Of a stretch of DNA of 64,000 nucleotides, positions 1-10,791 are shown piece by piece (positions within the stretch are counted from its first letter, which is position 1; every line of letters begins with the position of its first letter). The stretch is taken from positions 32,001 through 96,000 of the forward strand of contig JBFXKG010000009.1 of assembly GCA_050174015.1 (NCBI GenBank). The letters are read 5' to 3'. Below the pieces are notes generated by a model. That model did no database searches. It had not been told where the DNA came from and saw only the letters and a list, made by a program, of their open reading frames with translations. Source of the DNA: Candidatus Krumholzibacteriia bacterium (GTDB lineage: Bacteria > Krumholzibacteriota > Krumholzibacteriia > LZORAL124-64-63). A program made the position numbers and the translations under genes.

Positions 1-158
1 TCGGTTACGAACGGGTCACCGGCGGCCTGACCCTCCGCCAGAGGTTGGTGCTCGGTCTCCACCAGGCCCTTTTCCCGCTCGAGTCCGTGCGGCGCCTGCC
101 CTGGGGCAAGGTCTTCAGGGGCAAGGGCAAGACGCTGGTCATGAGGATGTTCCGATGA
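1..158 (+). CDS. 3' end of an unidentified protein, truncated by the window edge
   Basis: Frame from nt 3 reads GYERVTGG...TLVMRMFR and its TGA (156-158) overlaps the next ATG (ATGA coupling). Confidence 0.6.
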   Translation, partial: GYERVTGGLTLRQRLVLGLHQALFPLESVRRLPWGKVFRGKGKTLVMRMFR

Positions 159-1426
159 ACCCGGATCAAGACCGATTGGATTCCATGGCGCACGTCTCCA
201 AGAAGCCGCGAAAAATCCGCAAGGTCCGGTTCGGCCTGGCCGCCGGCGCAGTCCTTGGCGGCTGGTTGGGGGCCCTGGTGCTGATCGTGCTCGGGGGATC
301 CTGGTGGTGGCTGCTGCTGCCGGCGGCCGTCATGGCGGGAGCGCACCGGATCCTCCACCGGCCCGGAGCCGTGCCCGTCCTCACCTATCACAGCGTGTCC
401 GACCGCGACGCCTGGCTGCCCTGGGCCCCCAACATCGCCGTCTCCAGCGATCTCTTCGCCAGGCACCTCGAGGTCCTGGCCCGCTGCGGAGCGCGGGTCA
501 TCCCCACGACCGAACTGGTCGCCGCCCGTCTCGAGGGACGTCCGGTCCCCGACCGGGCCGTTGTCCTCCACCTGGACGACGGCTATCTCGACAACTGGGT
601 GGCCGCCTATCCGGCCTTGAAGAAGCACGGGATGCCCGCCACGATCTTCGTGTCCGTGGACTTCATCGATCCGGGCGAGGGGTTGCGCCCCCATCTCGAG
701 GACGTGGAGGCCGGCCGAGTCGGCCGCGAGTCCTTGCAGTGGGAGGGATACCTGAACGCCGACGAGCTGAAGGCGATGCAGGATTCGGGTCTGATCGACA
801 TCCAGTCCCACGGGACCGATCACGCCCGGGTTTTCACGGGGCCGGAGGTGATCGGCTCCCTCACCGAGGAGAACTGGCGCAACCTGGCCTGGGTCCAGTG
901 GGGGGCGACGGCGGGCGACAAGAGCGGCTGGCACCGGCTGGACCGGCCGGTCGCGGTGCCCCTGGGCTCGCCGGTCCGGCGGAACGGGCCGGCCCTCACC
1001 TCGCAGGCCTGGCTCGGCGACCGGGTCGAGACGCCGGAGGAATATTCCGCGCGGGCCCTGGGAACCCTGCGCAGGGCGCGGGAGGAACTGGGCCGGATCA
1101 TGGGGCGGGAGATCTCGGTCTTCTGCTGGCCGCAGAACCGATCCACCATCCGGTCGCGGGAGCTGGCCCACCAGGCGGGGTTCACGGCGACCACGGGGGG
1201 GTGGGAGGAGAACCGTCCCGGCCAGGACGGCAGGGTTCTCAGCAGGGTCCACGTCGGCAAGGACGTCCTGGGACTTCCGTGCCCCTGGGCGGACCGGCTG
1301 TATTTCCGGGCCCAGGTGCACGTGGGGTGGGGGAGCTATTCCTGGTATGGGCTGATTTTCGCCATGGAGATCATCCGGAGGGGTGTTTTCCTGTTCCGCG
1401 CAGAACCGATGAAGTCCCAGCCCTGA
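155..1426 (+). CDS. Polysaccharide deacetylase family protein (CE4/NodB-like) with N-terminal membrane anchor
   Basis: VLTYHSV, LHLDDGY, ATIFV, IQSHG and FCWP motifs; hydrophobic N-terminal segment. Alternative start at 185. Confidence 0.85.
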   Translation: MNPDQDRLDSMAHVSKKPRKIRKVRFGLAAGAVLGGWLGALVLIVLGGSWWWLLLPAAVMAGAHRILHRPGAVPVLTYHSVSDRDAWLPWAPNIAVSSDLFARHLEVLARCGARVIPTTELVAARLEGRPVPDRAVVLHLDDGYLDNWVAAYPALKKHGMPATIFVSVDFIDPGEGLRPHLEDVEAGRVGRESLQWEGYLNADELKAMQDSGLIDIQSHGTDHARVFTGPEVIGSLTEENWRNLAWVQWGATAGDKSGWHRLDRPVAVPLGSPVRRNGPALTSQAWLGDRVETPEEYSARALGTLRRAREELGRIMGREISVFCWPQNRSTIRSRELAHQAGFTATTGGWEENRPGQDGRVLSRVHVGKDVLGLPCPWADRLYFRAQVHVGWGSYSWYGLIFAMEIIRRGVFLFRAEPMKSQP

Positions 1427-1548
1427 TTTTTTTATCCTAAAATATTGATTTTTTAGACCTATAATTAGCTTATTGTTATGCAAATTATGGTATTTAGTCA
1501 AAATTGCGAATTATTCCTAATTTAGATAAAAATCGTCAACAAAAAAGT

Positions 1549-1578
1549 TTGACTGGTGGCGTAAGATTGTGATACCAT
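1549..1578 (+). promoter_or_regulatory. Putative sigma70 promoter within an AT-rich spacer
   Basis: TTGACT-N18-TACCAT with an extended -10 TG, preceded by an AT-rich tract. Confidence 0.5.
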
Positions 1579-1656
1579 ATTAAACTGAGATTCAAATCGA
1601 TAATGCATGTTCCGGGATCAAGACGTTCGGCTTCTTGAGGGAGGGCCCAAGCAAAC

Positions 1657-2430
1657 ATGGAATTGGCAGCAAGGGAACAGTTCAGCGGGCCGGAAAGCCT
1701 GAGGATCGCCGGGAAGGTGCGGCGGGAGCCTGGAGCTCCCTCGCCTTTCAACGACGGCGTCTTTCTGCCGTACCTCAGCCCCGTGACCAGCTTCGACACC
1801 ATCTCCGGCAAGGAGACCACTCCCTGGTGCATGTCCCGCGGCAAGCGGGCCCTCGACATTGCGATCGTGCTGCTCTCCCTGCCCATCCTGGCTCCCCTGA
1901 TGCTGCTGGCCGCCGCGGCCATCTTCATCGAGAGCCCCGGGCCGGTCATCTTTCGCCAGTACCGCACCGGCCTGATGGGCCAGCGGTTCCGGATCATGAA
2001 GTTCCGCACCATGGTCCTGGATGCCGAGAAGCTCAAGGCCTCGCTCATGCACCTGAACGAGAAGGCCGCGGATTCGCCGGACTTCTCGCTCGAGGACGAC
2101 CCGCGGGTCCTGCGGGTGGGCAAGTTCCTGAGGCGGACCAGCATCGACGAGATTCCCAACCTCTTCAACGTGCTGCTGGGCCACATGAGCATCGTCGGCC
2201 CGCGGCCCACGTCCTTCGACGTGACCACCTACAAGGACTGGCACCTGCTGCGTCTGCTCGTCCCGCCTGGAATCACCGGTCTGTGGCAGATCTCCGGGCG
2301 CAAGGAAATCGACTTCGATGAACGGGTCGCCCTGGACTACAAGTACATCAAGAACCAGTCGATGTTCCTGGACCTGAAGATCCTGTTCACCACCCCCCTC
2401 TGCATCTTCAAGGGCCGGGGGGCGAACTGA
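1657..2430 (+). CDS. Bacterial sugar transferase (monotopic phosphoglycosyl transferase, PglC/WbaP C-terminal family)
   Basis: KRALDI-TM-ESPGPVIFRQ, KFRTM, DPRV..VGKFLRRTSIDEIP, VGPRP and PGITGLWQ motifs. Confidence 0.92.
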   Translation: MELAAREQFSGPESLRIAGKVRREPGAPSPFNDGVFLPYLSPVTSFDTISGKETTPWCMSRGKRALDIAIVLLSLPILAPLMLLAAAAIFIESPGPVIFRQYRTGLMGQRFRIMKFRTMVLDAEKLKASLMHLNEKAADSPDFSLEDDPRVLRVGKFLRRTSIDEIPNLFNVLLGHMSIVGPRPTSFDVTTYKDWHLLRLLVPPGITGLWQISGRKEIDFDERVALDYKYIKNQSMFLDLKILFTTPLCIFKGRGAN

Positions 2431-2496
2431 GCCTCCCCCGTCCCCGTCCCGGCCGCTTGAGCATGGGCAGGATCATCGCGTTGCGCTGGAGGGACC

Positions 2497-4341
2497 ATGT
2501 CGGCGATCATGGCAGTCCTGGACGTTGCGGGTCGGGGAGACGCCCGCCAGCAGCTGGACGCCGTCCTGGAGCGGGTCATCCCCGAGAATCGGGGTTTTCA
2601 CCGTGAGGAGGCCCTGCCCCAGGGGCTGATGGCAACCGTGGGCGAGGAGTCGGATCCCCATCGCTCCCGTCCTGCCGCGGATCTGTTCAAGGCCGCCGAT
2701 GGGCTCGTTGCGGCCTGCTACGGATCGGTCTACGACCTCCACCCCCTCTACCGGAAAATGGGCCTCGATGCTCCCGAGGACGCCGCGGGCTGCCCGGCGC
2801 GCGCGCTGGCTGAGGCCTACCGCCGCTGGGGCGCCGATTTCGTCCATCAGGTGACCGGGGAATACTCCTTCCTGCTCTTCGATCCGGTGGAGGACGTCTT
2901 TCTGGCCGGCAGGGATCCCCTGGGCACCCGTCCCCTGTTCTACTACGACCACGGCGGGTTGATCGGGATCGCGACCGACAGCGCCTGCCTGCTGAGCCTG
3001 GGGGGACGCATCCCCGAACCCGACCCGGTCTCGGTGTTCCGATTCCTCTGCATGGTCGAACCGGTGAGCGACCGGACCTTCTTCCTGCGGGTCTTCAAGG
3101 TGAGGCCGGGGCACCTCCTGCGGGTGGGCAGGGACGGGAAAGTCTCTCTCCACCGCTACTTCCAGCCCGGCGGCAGGGGGATGTCCCCGGCCCGGAACGT
3201 CGAGGAACGCCGCGAGGAGTTCCGGACCCTGCTCTCGGCCGCGGTCGAGCGCCGGTATTGCCCGGTGAACGACGTCGAGCTCTGTCCGGAGATGGCGGGA
3301 CAGCCCACGCCCATCTCGGGCATGGTCACGGCCCTGCGCCGCCGGGAGGGGCGAACCGCCGTCGTCGATCCCCGCTGGAGCCTGGGCAAGGACCCGAAAT
3401 CCTACGCTTCCCTTCTGGACAACCTGAGGGAGCTGAGCACCTTCCAGACCGGGCCGGTGGGCGAGCTGGCGGGTCTGTTGACCTGGCTGCGTCTGAGGGA
3501 CCCGTCACCCGAGGGTTCGTCCATCTGCCTGAGCAACGTGGGCCTGCGGGAATTCGTGGACAACTGGGCCTTCACGTTCCGTCACTTCCACCTGCCGGGG
3601 AAGGTGGCATCCCTGTTCCGGGATCTGGGGCGTCAGGACGGGGACGGGGATCGCCGTCCCGCCGGTGCGGTCGGCCGGGCCCTGAAGTCCCGCCTGTCCA
3701 GCCGGGCGGGCAAGACCCGGCGCCACGTGATCCACGGCACCCGGTTTCCCTGGATCAGCAGCACCCTGGCCCGCCTGACGGTGGACCGGGAGCGCGAATT
3801 CGACGCCGACTACGCCTCATCCACCCACCGCCATCTGGCGGAGGGCTACCTGCTGAACCCCGTGCCGCGAAACCTCCAGTTCATCGACGGCAACGGCCGC
3901 CAGCTCGGGGTCGAATTCCGGTTCCCGTTCCTGGACGTCGATCTCCTGGAATTCTGTTTCGGTCTGCCCGCCGACCAGATCGCCGAGCTGGCGTTCTGGC
4001 TATCCAGCGAGATGAGCAGCTCCCTGGAACTGGTCTCGACCTCGCCCGTCTCGCAACAGGCCCGGTCGGCCAACCGGAACTTCTGGGAAGCGCCCGAGCT
4101 CCACGGGTTCCTCGAGGACATTCTCGGTTCCCTCACCCTGGTGGAGGACGGCTGGCTGCGCCGCGAGCACCTGCTCAAGCTGCACCGGGACATCGCGGCG
4201 GGAAACCGCGAGCTGCGCCCCTTCCTGTGGCGGGTCATCGCCCTGGAGAGCTGGTACGCGCATCAGTGGTCGCCTTCGACGACCGCAAGGCCCGCCCCAG
4301 TGCTGCGAATTCATCCTGGAAATCTGAAACAGTCCGGCTGA
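2497..4341 (+). CDS. Asparagine synthetase B-like protein with degenerate catalytic motifs
   Basis: GEYSFLLFD...GRDPLGTRPLFY, RFPFLDVDLLEFCFGLP and [10 protein letters not shown] match the AsnB/lasso-cyclase fold; the N-terminal Cys and SGGLDS motif are absent. Confidence 0.75.
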   Translation: MSAIMAVLDVAGRGDARQQLDAVLERVIPENRGFHREEALPQGLMATVGEESDPHRSRPAADLFKAADGLVAACYGSVYDLHPLYRKMGLDAPEDAAGCPARALAEAYRRWGADFVHQVTGEYSFLLFDPVEDVFLAGRDPLGTRPLFYYDHGGLIGIATDSACLLSLGGRIPEPDPVSVFRFLCMVEPVSDRTFFLRVFKVRPGHLLRVGRDGKVSLHRYFQPGGRGMSPARNVEERREEFRTLLSAAVERRYCPVNDVELCPEMAGQPTPISGMVTALRRREGRTAVVDPRWSLGKDPKSYASLLDNLRELSTFQTGPVGELAGLLTWLRLRDPSPEGSSICLSNVGLREFVDNWAFTFRHFHLPGKVASLFRDLGRQDGDGDRRPAGAVGRALKSRLSSRAGKTRRHVIHGTRFPWISSTLARLTVDREREFDADYASSTHRHLAEGYLLNPVPRNLQFIDGNGRQLGVEFRFPFLDVDLLEFCFGLPADQIAELAFWLSSEMSSSLELVSTSPVSQQARSANRNFWEAPELHGFLEDILGSLTLVEDGWLRREHLLKLHRDIAAGNRELRPFLWRVIALESWYAHQWSPSTTARPAPVLRIHPGNLKQSG

Positions 4342-5437
4342 CGGTGTAACGCTCCCGCAGGGCCGGTCCTTCCCGCCGCAGGCGGGCGGCGAGGTCCGCA
4401 TCCGTCAGGATCGTGCGGATGCCGGCGGCCAGGGCCGTGGGATCCCCGGGCGGCACCAGGACGCCCGCCCTGCCCCCGTCCAGGATCACGCGGGGGCCGA
4501 CCGGACAGTCGGTGGCCACCACCGGCACCCCCGCCGCCATGGCCTCGATCAGCACGTTGCCGAATCCTTCCCGCCGGGACGCCTGGACCACCGCGGCCGC
4601 GCGCTTCAGCACCGCATAGGGATTGTCCACGTAGCCGGCGAAGGTGACCCGGCCGTCGAGGCCCAGCCCTGCCGCCAGGTCTTTCAGCTCCCGTTCCTCC
4701 GGCCCCGATCCCTGGATGACCAGATGGGGGGGGTGCGGCAGATCCCCGAGCAGGGCGAGGGCCCGGAGCACGAGGTCGAAGCCCTTCTCGGAGTTGAGCC
4801 GGCCGGTGCTGACCAGCAGGGGGGTCCCTTCGGGGGGCAGGCCGTATCCGGGATCGGCGGCCAGCAGGTCGTCGAAACCCGGCGGGATGACGGGGTTGGC
4901 CAGCACGGCCAGCGGCAGGTCGGGTCGCCGCAGCACGCGACGGAGTTCGAGGCCCACGTCCTCCAGGGGGACGGCCACCTTGGTGGCCCGGGGGTAGAGC
5001 AGCTTCATCAGGGCCAGGCGGAAGGCCCGCCACTTGCGGCCCTCCAGGTACATGGACACCGGCGTGTGTTCGCTGATCAGCAAGGCGGCCGGGAACCGCA
5101 GCAGGGGCCTGGCGGCCATCAGGGCGAGGTTCGAGGCGTTCGTCCCGCTGTACACGACCTGGGGCCGGATGCGGTTCAGGATCCGCGCCAGCAGGATCAC
5201 GGCGAACTTGGCCGAGCGCCCCTGAAAGTCGAGGATCTCCACGTCGGAGGGCACCGTCTCCAGCAGGGTCCCCTTCCGGGAATTGAGGATCAGGTACGGC
5301 CGGAACCGATCGCGGTCCAGGTGGATCAGGAGGTTCTGGATGATCCTCTCCACACCGCCGGAATCCAGGTGGGGGTGGAAGAACGCGACCCGGACGGGTT
5401 CCGGGTGGTTGCAGGTGGGAGTTGATTCCACGACCAT
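4235..5437 (-). CDS. Glycosyltransferase family 4 (GT-B)
   Basis: [30 protein letters not shown] and ATDCPVGP motifs; AGGAG ribosome-binding site upstream. Confidence 0.92.
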   Translation of the reverse strand: MVVESTPTCNHPEPVRVAFFHPHLDSGGVERIIQNLLIHLDRDRFRPYLILNSRKGTLLETVPSDVEILDFQGRSAKFAVILLARILNRIRPQVVYSGTNASNLALMAARPLLRFPAALLISEHTPVSMYLEGRKWRAFRLALMKLLYPRATKVAVPLEDVGLELRRVLRRPDLPLAVLANPVIPPGFDDLLAADPGYGLPPEGTPLLVSTGRLNSEKGFDLVLRALALLGDLPHPPHLVIQGSGPEERELKDLAAGLGLDGRVTFAGYVDNPYAVLKRAAAVVQASRREGFGNVLIEAMAAGVPVVATDCPVGPRVILDGGRAGVLVPPGDPTALAAGIRTILTDADLAARLRREGPALRERYTVSRTVSDFQDEFAALGRALRSSKATTDARTSSPGR

Positions 5438-5539
5438 CTCCTGTTAAAAGGGGCAGAGCGAACGGCGCAGCGATCGGGGACAGAAGGTAGCACACCCCGC
5501 CCGGCCCCGCAGTACCTGTCGAAGAGTGGAGGAGAGGCC

Positions 5540-6433
5540 TTGGGCGAACCTGGATACAAGGGGATCATCCTGGCCGGCGGCACCGGCTCCCGGCTGCACC
5601 CGCTGACCTTGACGGTGAGCAAGCAGCTGATGCCGGTCTACGACAAGCCCATGATCTACTACCCGCTGTCCACCCTGATGCTGGCGGGGATCCGCGACGT
5701 CCTGATCATCACGACGCCCCAGGACCAGGAGGCCTTCCGGGCCCTGCTGCAGGACGGCTCCCGCTGGGGGCTGAACCTCCGGTACGTCGTGCAACCCAGC
5801 CCCGACGGGCTGGCCCAGGCGTTCATCCTGGGCGAGGAGTTCCTGGACGGGAGTCCGGTTTGCCTCATCCTGGGCGACAACATCTTCTACGCCGAGGGTT
5901 TGTCCCGCCGCCTCCAGCGGGTCGCGGCCAGGCCCGGCGGCGGGACCATCTTCGCCTACGTGGTCCAGGACCCCCATCGCTACGGCGTCGTGGAACTGGA
6001 CTCCGAGGGCAAGGCCGTCGGCATCGAGGAGAAGCCCGCGAAGCCGCGGTCCAACTTCGCCGTCACGGGCCTTTACTTCTTCGACGCCGACGCGCCGGCC
6101 ATCGCCCGCGGCATCAAGCCCTCCGCCCGCGGCGAGCTCGAGATCGTGGAGGTCATGAAGGCCTACCTGGAGCGCGGCGAACTGGCGGTGGAGATCCTCG
6201 GCCGGGGCGCCGCCTGGCTGGACACCGGGACCCACCAGTCCCTGCTGGACGCCGGCCAGTTCATCCGGGTCATCGAGGACCGCCAGAGCCTGAAGATCGC
6301 CTGTCCCGAGGAGATCGCCTGGCGCATGGGCTTCATCGACGGCGCGCGGCTGGAGGCCCTGGCCCGGCCGCTGCAGAACAGCGGGTACGGCAGGTATCTC
6401 CTCCAGCTGCTCGACGAGGGCCGGCGGCCATGA
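5540..6433 (+). CDS. rfbA: Glucose-1-phosphate thymidylyltransferase
   Basis: [41 protein letters not shown] and WLDTGT motifs; TTG start. Confidence 0.97.
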   Translation: MGEPGYKGIILAGGTGSRLHPLTLTVSKQLMPVYDKPMIYYPLSTLMLAGIRDVLIITTPQDQEAFRALLQDGSRWGLNLRYVVQPSPDGLAQAFILGEEFLDGSPVCLILGDNIFYAEGLSRRLQRVAARPGGGTIFAYVVQDPHRYGVVELDSEGKAVGIEEKPAKPRSNFAVTGLYFFDADAPAIARGIKPSARGELEIVEVMKAYLERGELAVEILGRGAAWLDTGTHQSLLDAGQFIRVIEDRQSLKIACPEEIAWRMGFIDGARLEALARPLQNSGYGRYLLQLLDEGRRP

Positions 6434-6978
6434 AGGTCATCCCCACGTCCCTGCCGGGGGTCGTCGTCTTCGAACCGGTGGTCCACGGCGACCGCCGCGG
6501 CTACTTCCTGGAGACGTACCGGGAGAACGAATTCGCGGCCCACGGGGCGGGGGGGCCGTTCGTGCAGGACAACCAGAGCAGCTCTCGCCGGGGGGTGCTC
6601 CGCGGCCTCCACTACCAGATCCGGCGGCCGCAGGGCAAGCTGGTGCGCGTGCTTTCCGGCAGGGTGTTCGACGTGGCCGTCGACGTCCGGCGCGGTTCGC
6701 CCGCCTTCGGCCGGTGGGTGGGGGTCGAGCTTTCCGGGGAGAACCACCGCCTGTTCTGGGTGCCGCCGGGATTCGCCCACGGTTTCCTCGTGCTCAGCGA
6801 CGTGGCGGAGTTCTTCTACAAGTGCACCGACTACTACGCCCCCGAACACGAGCGGGTGATCCGCTACGACGATCCGGACCTGGGGATCGCCTGGCCCCTG
6901 CAGGACGGGATGGAAGTGGTCGTTTCGGACAAGGACCGCGCGGGGGTTCCCCTCGCCGGAGCGGAGGTCTTCCCATGA
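6430..6978 (+). CDS. rfbC: dTDP-4-dehydrorhamnose 3,5-epimerase
   Basis: [25 protein letters not shown] and GFAHGF motifs; ATGA overlap with rfbA. Confidence 0.97.
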   Translation: MKVIPTSLPGVVVFEPVVHGDRRGYFLETYRENEFAAHGAGGPFVQDNQSSSRRGVLRGLHYQIRRPQGKLVRVLSGRVFDVAVDVRRGSPAFGRWVGVELSGENHRLFWVPPGFAHGFLVLSDVAEFFYKCTDYYAPEHERVIRYDDPDLGIAWPLQDGMEVVVSDKDRAGVPLAGAEVFP

Positions 6979-7457
6979 GCCTGCGGATCGGCCAGGGCTG
7001 GGACAGGCACCGGCTGGTTCCCGGCAGGACCTGCATCCTGGGAGGCGTGGCCTTTCCCGGCTGCCCGGTCGGACCCCTCGGGCATTCCGACGGCGACGCC
7101 GTCTGCCATGCGGTGACCGATGCGGTCCTGGGCGCGGTCGGCGGGGGGGACATCGGCCGGTTGTTCCCCGACACCGATCCCCGCTGGGAGGGCGCCGACA
7201 GCGTCGACCTTCTGGCCCGGGCCTGGGCGCCGATCCGCGGCCGGGGCTACCGGGTGGTCAACCTGGACGTGACGGTCGTCTGCGAGCAGCCGGCGATCGC
7301 GCCGCGGGCGGCGGCGATGGCCGCCCGGCTCGCGGGGGCGCTGGAGACCGAAACCGGTCGGATCAACATCAAGGCGACCCGGGGGGAGGGCCTGGGTCCC
7401 GAGGGACGGGGCGAGTGCGTGACGGCGCAGGCGGTGGTCCTGCTGGAGAAGCCATGA
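6975..7457 (+). CDS. ispF: 2-C-methyl-D-erythritol 2,4-cyclodiphosphate synthase
   Basis: RIGQGWDRH, GHSDGDAVCHAVTDA, GDIG..FPDTD and NIKAT motifs; ATGA overlap. Confidence 0.95.
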   Translation: MSLRIGQGWDRHRLVPGRTCILGGVAFPGCPVGPLGHSDGDAVCHAVTDAVLGAVGGGDIGRLFPDTDPRWEGADSVDLLARAWAPIRGRGYRVVNLDVTVVCEQPAIAPRAAAMAARLAGALETETGRINIKATRGEGLGPEGRGECVTAQAVVLLEKP

Positions 7458-8443
7458 AGATCGCGGTTCTGATGGGCGGGGATTCCTCGGAGCGGGACAT
7501 TTCCCTGCTGACGGGCCAGGCGGTGGTCGCGGGTCTGGAGCGGGGTGGCCACCAGGCGACCCCGCTGGACATTCCCGGGGTGGCCGCCGTCGCCGGGCTG
7601 GAGGGATTGCGGGATCACGACGTGGTGTTTCCCGCCCTGCACGGCGGCCAGGGGGAGGACGGCCATCTCCAGGCCCTGCTCGACCTGATGGGCGTGCCTT
7701 ACGCCCTGTCCGGTCCCCTGGCCAGCGCCCTGGCCATGGACAAGGGCGCCGCCAAGCGGGTGATGCGGGGCGCGGGAGTGCCCACCCCCGACTGGCTCCA
7801 GGTCACCTGGGACAAGGCCGGCGACCACCCCGAGGCGGTCGTGGGCCGGACCGGCAGCGACCGGAGTTCGGCCCTGGGGCTGGACCACATCCTGGAACGG
7901 GCGGTGGTGGAGATCGGTTTCCCCCTGGTGGTCAAGCTCAACAGCGCCGGCAGTTCGGTGGGGGTGCGCATCGTGGAATCCCCCGGGGGATTCGCCGAGG
8001 CCTTCGGGGCGGTCCTGGCCGCGGCGCCCGACCGGATCCTGGACGTGATCCTCGAGCGGTTCATCCCCGGCAGGGAGCTGACGGCGGCCATCTTCCTGGG
8101 CAGGCGCTTGCCCTTGCTGGAGATACGTCCCCGTCAGGGCTTTTACGACTACGCCAACAAGTACACCACCGGGGCCAGCGAGTACCTGGTCCCGGCGCCC
8201 GTCCACTCGCCCCTTTACGAGCAGATTTCGGGCGATGCCTTGAGGGTTTTTGATATTTTGGGCTGCCGGGGCCTGGCCCGGATCGACTTCCGCCTGGACG
8301 GGGACCGGTACTATTGCCTGGAGGTCAACACCATCCCGGGGATGACCGAAAACAGCCTCGTGCCCAAGGCCGCCGCCGCCGTCGGAATCGGGTTCGAAGC
8401 CCTGGTGGAGGATCTCTGCCTGGCGGCCCTGCAACCAAAATAG
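7454..8443 (+). CDS. ddl: D-alanine--D-alanine ligase
   Basis: GGDSSERDISL, LHGGQGEDG, GSSVG, FYDYANKY and LEVNTIPGMT motifs; ATGA overlap. Confidence 0.95.
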   Translation: MKIAVLMGGDSSERDISLLTGQAVVAGLERGGHQATPLDIPGVAAVAGLEGLRDHDVVFPALHGGQGEDGHLQALLDLMGVPYALSGPLASALAMDKGAAKRVMRGAGVPTPDWLQVTWDKAGDHPEAVVGRTGSDRSSALGLDHILERAVVEIGFPLVVKLNSAGSSVGVRIVESPGGFAEAFGAVLAAAPDRILDVILERFIPGRELTAAIFLGRRLPLLEIRPRQGFYDYANKYTTGASEYLVPAPVHSPLYEQISGDALRVFDILGCRGLARIDFRLDGDRYYCLEVNTIPGMTENSLVPKAAAAVGIGFEALVEDLCLAALQPK

Positions 8444-8455
8444 TGCTTGAAGTTC

Positions 8456-8485
8456 TTGACATATCCTCGAGGGGCGTTATATATT
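8456..8485 (+). promoter_or_regulatory. Putative sigma70 promoter of the tRNA-tuf operon
   Basis: TTGACA (8456-8461) followed 18 nt later by TATATT (8480-8485). Confidence 0.7.
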
Positions 8486-8621
8486 CCCGGACCCAAATCG
8501 GCCTCGGTCCGGCCGCCTCATGCAGCGTCTTGAGGGAGATTCCTGGACCCGGGCCGAATTTTGGCTGGATGCCGGTGAGGGCTGGCCAGCTTCGCGGCTG
8601 GATGGCTTTGCGGGAGATTGA

Positions 8622-8697
8622 GCTGGCGTAGCTCAACTGGTAGAGCTCCTCACTTGTAATGAGGTGGTTGGGGGTTCAAGTCCTCTCGCCAGCTCCA
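8622..8697 (+). tRNA. tRNA-Thr(TGT)
   Basis: 76-nt cloverleaf, anticodon arm CCTCA-CTTGTAA-TGAGG, GGTTCAA T-loop, encoded CCA. Confidence 0.97.
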
Positions 8698-8785
8698 CCG
8701 CAAGGCAGGGATCATTGACCGGTCCCTGAGTAGAGCAACCGCCGCCCGGACCGGTGCCGGGCCAGGGCAACGCCAGGAGCAGGTC

Positions 8786-8871
8786 GGGGGGGTTCCCGAG
8801 CGGTCAAAGGGAACAGACTGTAAATCTGTCGGCAGACGCCTTCGGAGGTTCGAATCCTCCCCCCCCCACCA
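8786..8871 (+). tRNA. tRNA-Tyr(GTA)
   Basis: Anticodon arm ACAGA-CTGTAAA-TCTGT, long variable arm, GGTTCGAATCC, CCA. Confidence 0.97.
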
Positions 8872-8889
8872 CGAAAACGGCTCGATGGA

Positions 8890-8965
8890 GCGGGAATAGC
8901 TCAGTTGGCAGAGCATCAGCCTTCCAAGCTGAGGGTCGCGGGTTCGAACCCCGTTTCCCGCTCCA
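8890..8965 (+). tRNA. tRNA-Gly(TCC)
   Basis: Anticodon arm TCAGC-CTTCCAA-GCTGA, GGTTCGAACCC, CCA. Confidence 0.97.
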
Positions 8966-8996
8966 GCAGCTTGGCGCATGACATCGTTATAGAGGA

Positions 8997-9072
8997 GCCC
9001 ACGTAGCTCAGTCGGTAGAGCACTTGCATGGTAAGCAAGCGGTCAGCAGTTCAAGTCTGCTCGTGGGCTCCA
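8997..9072 (+). tRNA. tRNA-Thr(GGT)
   Basis: Anticodon arm CTTGC-ATGGTAA-GCAAG, AGTTCAAGTCT, CCA; completes the Thr-Tyr-Gly-Thr-tuf arrangement. Confidence 0.96.
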
Positions 9073-9212
9073 CTTTTGCGTTTCCGTAATTATTGACGAT
9101 GTTGGTGGAGTGAGTTTGCGGGTTCAGGTCCCGGTTCGGTCCCGGGAGTCGCTGGTCCTGCGAGCATGGATCGAATCAGGGTCGAGTGACCGCCCACGGG
9201 AGGATGCCGCAC

Positions 9213-10406
<1,194 letters not shown>

Positions 10407-10465
10407 AGGTCGCCGAATAGTCGGGCGGTTCCGGCGGGAACGCCGATGATCAGGAGTCGAGTCTC

Positions 10466-10615
10466 ATGCGGGACATCATTACCCTCTCCTGCAACGAATG
10501 CAAGATGAGGAACTACACGACGAAGAAGAACAAGCGCCTCCATCCGGATCGGGTGCAGTACAAGAAGTACTGCCCGCGGTGCAACAAGCACACCGATCAC
10601 AAGGAGACGCGCTGA
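10466..10615 (+). CDS. rpmG: 50S ribosomal protein L33 (Zn-binding type)
   Basis: [23 protein letters not shown]...[17 protein letters not shown]; absent from the ORF track because it is short. Confidence 0.96.
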   Translation: MRDIITLSCNECKMRNYTTKKNKRLHPDRVQYKKYCPRCNKHTDHKETR

Positions 10616-10657
10616 GGCTCGGCCGGATCCGGTTTGCCGGTTCCGGTTCGGTCCGGC

Positions 10658-10733
10658 AGGGGTGTAGCTCAGTTGGTAGAGCATCGGTCTCCAAAACCGA
10701 GGGTCGCGGGTTCGAGCCCTGCCGCCCCTGCCA
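10658..10733 (+). tRNA. tRNA-Trp(CCA)
   Basis: Anticodon arm TCGGT-CTCCAAA-ACCGA, GGTTCGAGCCC, CCA; usual position before secE. Confidence 0.97.
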
Positions 10734-10791
10734 TTTCCAGTTTTGAGGGCGACCGGTGGGTCGTCGGGCCCTAGGCCAAAGGATCGTGGGG

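Noticed and set aside
5..1501. 498-aa minus-strand ORF starting in the AT-rich spacer
   Set aside because: It is antisense to the well-supported deacetylase and has no recognisable motifs.
2497..4341. Lasso peptide cluster suggested by the MSAI start of the AsnB-like protein
   Set aside because: No precursor, B peptidase or RRE gene is adjacent, the SGGLDS motif is absent, and the neighbours are polysaccharide genes.
7454..8443. VanA/B-type D-Ala-D-Lac ligase
   Set aside because: The omega loop reads FYDYANKY (Tyr, D-Ala-D-Ala type) and no vanH or vanX is nearby.
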